DNA of 57,496 bases, the filler included, from Bipalium vagum (taxonomy: Eukaryota): NCBI GenBank assembly GCA_037834085.1. It is 3 parts of 3 records of this genome, joined end to end, with 100 filler letters (N's around TTAATTAATTAA, not from the genome) between each part and the next. Parts side by side here need not be neighbours in the genome. Positions count along the whole stretch, not along the records: positions 1 to 15,624 come from JBBMKC010155276.1; positions 15,725 to 33,608 come from JBBMKC010047400.1; 1 more part is not named here. One strand, 5' to 3'. Each line of letters begins with the position of its first letter. The stretch's first letter is position 1. Under the pieces are notes generated by a model. The model was not told where the DNA came from. It saw only the letters and a list, made by a program, of their open reading frames with translations, and did no database searches. Shown here one piece after another: positions 13,090-22,925 of the stretch. A program made the position numbers and the translations under genes.

Positions 13090-13385
13090 ATAAAGCAGTT
13101 TACAAATAGATATCGGAAGTGTTTAACCACATTTCAAGAATTTAAAATGGATAAAATCAGTGGAACACCACCTAACAGTTACCGAAACATTCAGTTGGTG
13201 TAACTTAATGTATTGGAATTTCATGGCGATTTTATGATAATATCGACGGTTGTCGTACTGGATCCATTTATCATCACATGTCACAGTGGAGAAAAGGTTC
13301 ATTTTAGGTTAACAGTTTAGTAAATCCCCAGAGAGCTATCAAAATTTATAGCATACCGTTACATATGGAATCATCTGGGGAATCT
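13090..13385 (-). mobile_element. Hsmar1/cecropia-like mariner fragment
   Basis: NEPFLH..VTCDDKWIQYDNRR and KLHQLNVSVTVRW..FIHFKFLKCG. Confidence 0.75.
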
Positions 13386-14529
13386 AAATATAAAAATATT
13401 TTTATTTAATAAAAAGATAAAAAACACAAAACTGTAAAAAAATGTAAAAAATAACAAGTTTCTAAGGAAACTATAAAATAAATTATTTAAACAAAAGTTA
13501 TTTTAAAATTTAATATGGTAAATTAATATGGTAAATTAATATTTTAAATTAATTTTAAATAAAAATAGAATTGATCGATTTGGAGAACTATTAAAATTGA
13601 TCAAAAATAAATATAAAGTGTAATTATTATTATAAATTAAAAATTTTTGTCTTATTTAATTGTCTATTAATTATTAATTTATTTAAAATAATAAAGAACA
13701 AAAATAATGTTTTTATTTTATAAATCATAATAAAAATCATACATAAAGTGTCAAAATGTTATGAATGACTTTTATAATCGTTCACATAAGTATATTAAAG
13801 TTATGAGTCATTCTGTAGAAAAATATAAAATTTTAATAGATGTAACTGAGTACAAAATTTGAAGGATTATGTTGAATACATTTTGCAGTATTACATTTTA
13901 AAATCAGATACTCACTTTATGTACACTCTGTGTATATTTTTTACCTCATTGAATCTAATGAATAAATAAAATGAAATATTTTAAACCCTCTTTCGCTTTA
14001 TTCTTCAAAACAGTTTTTAGAAATAGTAATATAAATCTTTGAGAATTTATAATTCCTTTTAGGACGAAATTTTGCGAATGCTTTAAAACAAAATCAACAC
14101 AAGTCTTGAGTAAAGCATTCATAAATTATGAATTAATAAATTAGCCTAATTAATCCATCATTTAATGTGACAGTTACATTGTTTGGATTAAATAAATAGT
14201 ACAGGATTATTTCGTTTTAATTATTAAATATTTCTAAAATATAAATATCGATGATATTTAGATAGATATACCATGTTTTGACCGACATTATCTTGGAACG
14301 AAGGTCACACGAAAAATCATTAAAATTTAGATTTTTTCTGAGATGTATAAATATTTTTCATTTTTCTTAAAAGCTTAAGTAAATTATTATTTTTTTTAAT
14401 ATTTTTTATTGATTATTATTTGTTGATTATTGATTTGTAGTGATACAGATTAATAAAACTGATATAACTAATAAAAATAAATAATTAATTCATCTGTTAA
14501 AATATCTCTAAATTTTTATGGTGTACCAT

Positions 14530-15082
14530 AAAAAGGGCGTTTTGGGTTTTAAACATTTAAGATAAAAGACTTGTGATAAAGATTTATGATGGGATTGTTT
14601 GATGGGATTGTTTGGGATTCATTTATGGGAACTCTTGAAAAATGGTGAAACTATTGGCTGTGAACATTTCAGCCAACAATTAGACAGTTTACACTGGGCT
14701 CTTCTAAAATTAAGATCCATTTTACTTAGCAGAAATGGTTTATTCTTCAGTATGATAATGATAAACCCCATAAATCAAAAATAACACAAAAGAAATTAAG
14801 ACAATTGTGTTTTGAGGTTTTTCTACAAATTATCATTTGGCTCATTTTCTTAAAGGGAAAAATTATAAAAACGTGGAAAACATAAAAATTACTTCTAAAA
14901 ACGCTTTTTTTGTCAAAAAACTACCTAATTTTATTCCGATAGCATTTAATTTTTGGTAGATAGATGGCAGAGAGTAGCTGACACTGATGGAGAATATTTA
15001 ATCAATTAATGTTTGTCTGTTGATAATAAAATTTTTTTTACAGTTTTGTTGATTAGGGTCTTATAATTGAATAGGATCCCTA
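14530..15082 (+). mobile_element. Mariner 3' half remnant
   Basis: GIHLWELLKNGETI..FSQQLDSL, a decayed DN motif, C-terminal DRWQRVADTDGEYLIN*. Confidence 0.7.
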
Positions 15083-15193
15083 ATACATATAGACCTTAAC
15101 AAAAGAAATTATGATTACATTTAGAAAAAACCAGTCTTCTTCATCGCTTCCTTTATCAATCTTCAGAAAATTTTTAGGTGAAATTCGATTAAT

Positions 15194-15253
15194 TTCTAAA
15201 CTCTAGGTTTTAGTTCTAAACTCTAGGTTTTAGTCCAAAACTCTAGGTTTTAG
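15194..15253. repeat. 20-bp tandem repeat, 3 copies (TTCTAAACTCTAGGTTTTAG)
   Basis: direct reading; third copy has 2 substitutions. Confidence 0.9.
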
Positions 15254-15624
15254 ATTTCGTAATACTAAAGGCATCATAATTGTTTTATAGGTTATCATTT
15301 TTTAATATAATATTTAGAACGCCCCTAGTGATGGGGTAGAAGTTGTCTCCATCAAACATAATAATTATTAACATTTATAATTGGATTGATCTTAATACTT
15401 GTAATTTTCAAAAATGGCACAAATTCCAAAATAGATTTTTGTTTGTCATCCAAAATCTCATAAAGCATTCAAGGGATAATTTTTGTCTTTTTTCTGAAAT
15501 TATATGTAAGGGTCAAACTTCAAATAAATATAATAAATCTTGATGTTTGATATGGTATGATGAACATGTTTTTTATATAAACGTTAATATTGGAGATTAT
15601 TAAAAATAATTTTTATATTATAAA

Positions 15625-15724
15625 NNNNNNNNNNNNNNNNNNNNNNNNNNNNNNNNNNNNNNNNNNNNTTAATTAATTAANNNNNNNNNNNNNNNNNNNN
15701 NNNNNNNNNNNNNNNNNNNNNNNN
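15625..15724. other. Artificial scaffold linker N44-TTAATTAATTAA-N44
   Basis: Exactly 100 nt with a six-frame stop 12-mer; identical structure at 33609. Confidence 0.95.
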
Positions 15725-16369
15725 TTAAAATAGCATAGAAATATTTGACCTTACATTGTTTTATATGTGCTGCTTTCAGAACTTTTCACGCAACCTATAT
15801 TTAAAAGTAATACAATATGTAATTATATAATATGACACCCGTTGATTGCTAGGAAATGGCTTCATCGATACAGTACATTTACACATACTAGCTGGCACAT
15901 TTTTTATTATTTAATTATTTTTTTAAAATTATTTATTTATTGTAATTTTTAAAATTTATTAATTAAATATATTTAATTATTTTTTATATTTATTAATTTA
16001 AATAACCTTTTAAATTATTTGTTTATTTTAATTTTGAAAATATTAATTCAAAATTAATTATTCAGAATATTCAATTCTTCACTCCATTATATATAAATTA
16101 AGGTTCCATTTGACAAAAAAGAAATCAATTGCCAGACTTCAACAAAAGAGGCTTATAAAATTATTTATTTTTACAAAACAGATATTATATATAACATCAT
16201 GAAATCAAAACCCCTCTTTAGGTTACTGAGACTGAAATGCAAAATAGTTTTTTCTATATCAATCTTCGGTTTTTGTCCCTTAATCAAAAGATGAACAAGA
16301 ATTTATATCTTTGATAAAAATATGGAATATATCACAATAAAAACCATTTGATGTCCAATCTGATCAATA

Positions 16370-16965
16370 TTATGTGGCCACTGATTCTGGGTTTGATTGA
16401 ACTGAACTGATGGTAGGTTGTCCATTGTACAGTACGGTTTTCGTACTGGAGGATGCAGATGTTGTGCTAGTAACTAATGACGAGGATCTGTCATCAGTAA
16501 CACAAAAGCCCGTGTCCACCTCCTTTTCTGATAACTTTCTAATATGCATCGGGGTAAGCTTAGAACGGGTCTTTGGAGTCGAGCTGTCACTGGAATTGCT
16601 GGGAGCCATTTGGGTATAATGATCTTTCAAAAATATGGAATCAATAGGCGCATAATGATGGAATTTTAGAGTTGAATTGGAGTTGAATTTGGACCCAGAA
16701 TTTGATAAATGATATCGAGGGAGACTCAGAGAATTGTAACTGGAATAGTCCATAGTGGTAACAGAAGAGTTTAATGAAGAATCAGCTAAAACGGAACCAT
16801 TTCCATGAGAATATGTCGAGAATGGGGTAGGCTGACCATTTTGAACCATTGTTTCTTCTGGTAATACATAACAGTGACAGGTCGATCGAGAAGGACTAGC
16901 TGGAATAGGGGTACATTGTCTGAATGGTCCTCGAAGCGGTTGGCGTAGAGTTAAATAATTAGGTC
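16370..16965 (-). CDS. Terminal coding exon of an unidentified gene (Ser/Thr/Pro-rich C-terminal tail)
   Basis: Acceptor ataattttag at 16966-16967, then about 198 open codons (PNYLTLRQPLRGP...ETMVQNGQPTPFSTY...NPESVAT*). GC is clearly above flanks; no TE motifs. Confidence 0.75.
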
Positions 16966-17040
16966 CTAAAATTATTTATTTGTTCTATGATAAAGAAATT
17001 TGTTTTATTCACATGAAATCTTGAATAAAAACAAATGAAA

Positions 17041-17201
17041 NNNNNNNNNNNNNNNNNNNNNNNNNNNNNNNNNNNNNNNNNNNNNNNNNNNNNNNNNNNN
17101 NNNNNNNNNNNNNNNNNNNNNNNNNNNNNNNNNNNNNNNNNNNNNNNNNNNNNNNNNNNNNNNNNNNNNNNNNNNNNNNNNNNNNNNNNNNNNNNNNNNN
17201 N
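17041..17201. other. Assembly gap (N run)
   Basis: 161 N. Confidence 0.99.
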
Positions 17202-17808
17202 TGTTAATAATATTATAATTGTATTAAAATATCTAAAAAGTAATATTTAAGCTACAAGATTGATGTTTGCTTCAAATTTCTCAATTGATTTCCCGTTCTG
17301 TTTGGAATGTAAAAATCCCGAGGACAAAATTAAGATATAAAGCAATAGGAACCATCACATACCATTAAAATAGTTAATATTTTTGCCCAGCTCATGGTTA
17401 ATAAAATCCAAACAATAATTAGCAGATTAATGAAAGACATTAAGAAAACTGTGTAAATATCTCCTAGATCTAATGTAATCCTTTTCATTATTTTATTTGT
17501 CAAATTATTGATTGATTTGACTAAACATTTCTGTACCATTCAAATACTATTATGATTTTCTAATTTTTCTTAATTTTTTGGGATAAATAAAAAGTCATCC
17601 ATAAATTATCCTTCGGAAATCTACCACCCAGTAAGAACAACACTCATTTTTTAAACCATCTATGGTGATTATATATTTATTTATTTATTAATAAAGCTTA
17701 TTGACTAAAAGCTTGAGAATTATAAGCGAAAACACTGAAGAAGTGTACTTTAAAATCGCTAATGGTTTAAAAAAGTGAGGATTATTGAAATTTATTATTA
17801 ACATTTTA

Positions 17809-17810
<2 letters not shown>

Positions 17811-17857
<47 letters not shown>
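17811..17857. repeat. (TTA)n microsatellite
   Basis: direct reading. Confidence 0.95.
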
Positions 17858-18469
17858 TTATTCATATTACAGTGATACAATTATATTCTACCCTTTATTA
17901 ATTCATTGTTTTGTATTTTTCAATAATATTATCATATTAAATATTATATTATATTATTATCACTTGTTTCAGATATTTAGATCTCAATAATATGAAATTA
18001 TTTATTAATAATTTTCATGAAAATATTACAAAAAAAGAAAATAATTGTCGTTGGATTATCTGTTTCTCTAATGCAAGACATTTCCCCTTAATAAAAGGCA
18101 ATGAAATGTAATTGAGGATGTTTTGTTGATTTTGATTAAAAGATAATTTAAAACTTTAAAAAGTTGATTTATTTGAATAACTAAAAGCTCGGGGTTTGCA
18201 GCGCCCGAGCGAATCTGGAGACACCAGAACAGAATTAGACTGTCATAAAATGAAATGGAAATAATACTTAAAGCCATTAAAAATTACATAAGGAAAAATG
18301 AGTACTGCTAAATCAATGCTTTCGTATTTTGTCAGACAGTTAACAGATTATATTGATAAATTCTTGGGAAATAATCACCGAGATATATAATTTCGTTTTT
18401 TGGGTTTATTGTTTTTTATTGGGATTTAAACAAATTTACATTGACGATAAATTAGTCATTTCCAGTTAT

Positions 18470-20479
18470 ATAATTGGTACCAGAACTTCTCATTTTAGTT
18501 CCACCAATGTTTCCCGGGCTCATAATGCAACTTTGGGTTTGGCATTGTCGTGCAGAAGAATTACTTTGTTCTGTTTGGTCGCATAATATGGCCATTTTTT
18601 ATTAATTTCTCTTCCAACTGCTTCAGTTGGCGATTGTATAATTCCGCAGTAACAGTTTTTGGTGGTTTTAACAGTTCATAATAAAGAACTCCATGCATGT
18701 CCCACCAGATATAAAGAAGAGCTTTGTCACTATTTGTGCTTGGTTCTCCAGAATTTAACCATGATCTTTTGCGATTGGGATTTGAATAATATATCTACTC
18801 CTGTCACTGTTCAATGAAAGAAAGGCTTTTGTTTGTGTCTTTTGAGAAGCGAAAGACAAGTGGTGAGTTGACCGGTAATGTTCTTCTCGCATAGATCATG
18901 GGAAACCCATTTTCCTTCTTTATGAATGTTTCTCAACTTATGTAACCTTCGAATTATGATGCTTTAGTTAACATGTAACCTTCTTGCCAATTCTATATTC
19001 GATTGAGTAGAGTCCTCTTTCAAAAGTCCTTCCAAGTCATCCGAACTCATCTCATGTGTACGCCCAATGCGTTCTTTATCGTTCAAATCAAAATCACGGC
19101 TTTTGAAGCGTCAAAACCATTGACGACATGAGCTCTCAGCTACTGCTTCATCACCATATGTATTGAAAATGATCCGAGGTGCTTCAGGTAATGTTTTGAT
19201 CTAATTAAACAAAAACAACATCAGGGTCGGAAAAAAGTTACAAACATTACACTAATATGTTACATTAGAAAAGTTAATAAAATCGATATTTTGAAGATTT
19301 ATTAGCCTTAATAATTTCAGAGAACCAGAATGTATCTTTCATATTAAGATAAAAAATCTATATCCTATAGTTCTTCTTCCAACACTATTTGATAAGCAGT
19401 TGAATCCGACCGTATTGGACATTTAATGAGTATTCTGCTGCTGTCACCTTTTATGGCTTCCATATCAAAATAGATTTGCTGATGTTTTTGACATTTTTAA
19501 TGGTATATTTTGGGTCAAATCTATGCCCATGTGGTCTTTTCACATACCGGTTATAAGATGAACTGATTTCAATGCGACATTCATCAGAAAAATAATATTT
19601 TCCATTGTTCACTATCACAACTGTACTAATGAGCATTTTGCACTGGAAGTCTGGATCCGTTTAGATACGACTGTATAGTAAGTATTTTAACACTTCGGGA
19701 GCCCTGATAAATGGGTTCTTCTTAGGAATTCGAGTTACAAATGTGGCTTACTTTCTGATAATATTTTTGGTCGACCAGACCTATTTTTATCTGATAATAA
19801 CCCAGTCTTTTGGAACTTCACCCAGACCTTTCTGACACTTGTCCGACCGATATTGAGAGCCCTACTAATTTTTGATTGATTTTCCCCTCTCTGGAACATT
19901 TCCACAATTTGCTGCCTCACATCGATACTTATTTTAACCATTTCTAAAAAATGTATTTTACATTATTATACTAAACATATTAAATTGCATTTACAAAAAA
20001 AGTTACGTTAAAAAATGTAATATATAGAAATATATTAACTTACATAATAAGTGTATACAAATTTGAAAAATTTATAAAACCGTATTAAATGAAATAATTA
20101 TTTAGCTTATTTCAACATTTATTAATACGAATACAGCGTTAATTAAATATCATACCTACATTTTCAGGCTATCATAACATTCATTTGAAAAAGGATGTAA
20201 GGCTTTTATTTGACTAAAAATTGTTAATTATAATTCTTTTTAAAGTGTCACTAACTTCTTTCCTACCCTGATAAAATGCGTATGTGCATTTTATCTACTT
20301 CCATTATAATTTCTGCAAATGAATTGGTAAATTTGAATTAATTATCAAATTATTGCTATAAATATAATCAACATTGACTGACTTAAACAAAGTACAAATT
20401 TTAGATTTTTTATTATTAATAATATTATTACTTAAATTTCACATGTACATTAGAGTGATGAACTTATGCATACTCCTAA
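18470..20479 (-). mobile_element. Degenerate mariner interrupted by a nested Tc1-like element
   Basis: 5' TIR TTAGGAGTATGCATAAGTTC ends at 20479. MEVDKMHIR lies right of 20271 and resumes as MLFLFN left of 19221, followed by KWVSHD, LYIWWDMHGVLYYELLKP and ILLHDNAKP. Confidence 0.85.
19222..20270 (-). mobile_element. Internally deleted Tc1-like element
   Basis: TIRs CAGGGTCGGAAAAAAGTTA / TAACTTCTTTCCTACCCTG. HTH ORF 19735-19941 (MVKISIDVRQQIV...RSGRPK) and YFSDECRIE...RFDPKYTIK. Confidence 0.85.
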
Positions 20480-20529
20480 AAAATAATTTTGGATAATCAA
20501 GTTTTTTATTGGAATAGTACAGTCATTAT

Positions 20530-21220
20530 GGATACCTTTGGTATTGATGGACTATAAAGAATTAGATGTATTGTGACAAAAAACAAGAAGATTAAGATAT
20601 ATTGTTTGAGAAATGGAAAGTAGTAAAAGCGGTAGGAGTTTCCAAATGATGAGAGAAAATAAATGAAAGGAGAATAAAACTTATCAATAATTGTTTAAAG
20701 TGGTGCAAAGACTATTTCAAGCTGCATCCTTCTTTTTGGGATGATGTAATATTTTACGACGAATGTTTGATAGAACTGTTCTACAGAAAGGAATAAGTTT
20801 GCAGATCCAGACATGATCCTAAATATATCATGATAACAGTGAAATTCGGAGGTAAGAGTATGATGGTTTTGGGCACCATCAAAGAAGATGGCACTGCAAA
20901 GAAGAAAGGATTGTTGAAAATATATTAGACACAAAATAAATTTCAGCGAGACGGAGGTTCATGCCAAAAATCAAGATTGGTGCCGTCTTTTTTGGACAAG
21001 ATAAAAATCTGCGTACTCAGTGATTGGCCGATTTAGTCACTAGATCTGAGTATAATTGAGTCGTTGTGAGCTGACTTAAAAGCCAGGGATGCTAAATGTA
21101 TGTCAACAGATATTGAGGCACTGTGGAAGTATTTGTAGGAGCAGTGGGTGACGGTTTCAACATATAAAATTTAAAATCTTTATAAAACCAATGATCCAAG
21201 TGCAATTAAAATTAAAGGTG
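20530..21220 (+). mobile_element. Degenerate Tc1-like (DD34E) transposase
   Basis: IFYDEC, TVKFGGKSMMVLG, FQRDGGSC, DWPI*SLDLSIIESL. Confidence 0.8.
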
Positions 21221-21346
21221 TTGGGTTAGCCAAGAGCACATACATTTTAACCCTCTTAAAATTATCTTTTGAATACTGCTAGAGGGTTTACAATATTTAT
21301 AATAATTATAAATTAATTATGAAGACAGCAAAATGGTCAGAAATTG

Positions 21347-21395
21347 AATAATAATAACAATAATAATATAAATAATAATAATAATAATAATAATA
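21347..21395. repeat. (AAT)n microsatellite
   Basis: direct reading; produces the poly-Asn of ORF 21344. Confidence 0.9.
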
Positions 21396-22859
21396 AAATA
21401 TTCCCAATTAATAATACTGGTCTACGACTGATTATTTGTCTGACTAGTATAAAATTAATTGGAGTCCGCAGTAAACTGCCACAAAAGAGACTAAGAAAAT
21501 TGGTATTGGAAAAATCAGCAGAGATTAATTGTCGGAAGATTCAGAAAATTTCATTGTCAGAAGATTTTCGAAGATTTCAAGTTGATAAACAGTCATTTAT
21601 ATCCAGTTTTATGCAACAGGAGTCAACAATGGGTCCTGAACTGTTGGGCGTTTCTGAGAGAAAAGGATAGGGCTCAGAAAATGACCCTAGGACTCATTGT
21701 CTACTGGATCGGTGAGATCTACATTGAATTTCTTATCTTTTTTCTTTTATTAATATTAATATTAATAATTATTAATTAGTTTGTTAAGTATTGAACTTTT
21801 GCTGATTTGAATATTATTGATTATTCGATTTGATTGTTTTGTTTTACAGTATTATTGATTCTGACTATTTGAGATACTTCACTTTTGTTCCATTATGTGA
21901 TGACTTTTGTATTTGTGATTGAAAGAATACAGTTTTTTTAATCGTTTGATTCATTTATTTGCGAACACGTATTGACAAAAGTGAAAGGGTCAGTAAATTT
22001 TACGAGTTAAGTGTTACGAAAGGATTTCATAGTAATTTAAAAGCGTAACAAAGATATGAATACAAGATAATAATTTCAAGTATTGAGGTTGAAGGTTTTT
22101 TAAAATGTGTTTGGTCATTTGAAATGTAAATGAAAGATGTTTCACTCATATCTCAATGACAATTTTCTCAAAATGACTTAAAAATTGGTGTTTTTGAAAA
22201 AATGTACATTTACAAAAATTTTACTTCGTAAATATTTCATTGGAAACATGTACTTCAGCATATTTTCTGATATAGTTAAATAAAGACTGAATAAAAGTAT
22301 ATATAGTTAGATATTTCAATCATTTAATGGAAATTGTAGGGGTGACTCAAAACATATGAACAGTATTGCTGGTAGGAAAAGATCGGTAGTAAGATCTTAA
22401 AGCCTCCCAACTATCTGTGATGACGCTCCGCTTGACTTGTCAACTAATGACAGAAATCATAATTGCCTGTTTACTGGAATTAGAAATTATAATTATAATT
22501 ATGAAACTAATAAAAACTGGAAAACTACTCTTAATAATTGAAATTTTCAACAAAGTGAAATTGAAATAAATTTTAAAAATTTTCTTTTTAATAATAGTTA
22601 CTCACAATATAGTAATAATCTAAATCTAAATGAAGCCTCTCCTCTCGATTCATCTAATAATAACTGTAACTCTATAAATAATTAGGAAAATGATGAAAAC
22701 AAGGTAATCAATAATCCTGATAATATGATTGGAAACTTAAATAATACAAATAACTACTCAGTATGTATGATTAATTTGTTTAGTTTTGATATTGTGGTTA
22801 ATATTAGCTTGATTAAACCCTAGCTATTTTTCCAAAACTTAACGTGGCTCGTTTAGTAT

Positions 22860-22925
22860 GAAAGATTTCAGAAGGATTTAGAGAGTGTAACATGCGGATG
22901 TGAAAGATGGCGTTTGGTTATGTTT
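22860..22925 (+). mobile_element. Tiny LINE reverse-transcriptase remnant
   Basis: FQKDLESVTCGCERWRL resembles the LQxDLxxLxxWCxxWxL segment that follows YADD in CR1/L2/jockey RTs. Confidence 0.35.

Noticed and set aside
13347-13386. Apparent terminal exon DSPDDSICNGML*
   Set aside because: Lies within a cecropia-like mariner remnant.
16410-16619. Plus-strand 69-aa ORF
   Set aside because: Antisense to the minus-strand terminal exon.
21344-21670. Poly-Asn 108-aa ORF
   Set aside because: The N-terminus is an AAT microsatellite and the start codon is non-ATG; the surrounding 21220-21980 looks repeat-derived but I could not establish LTR ends.
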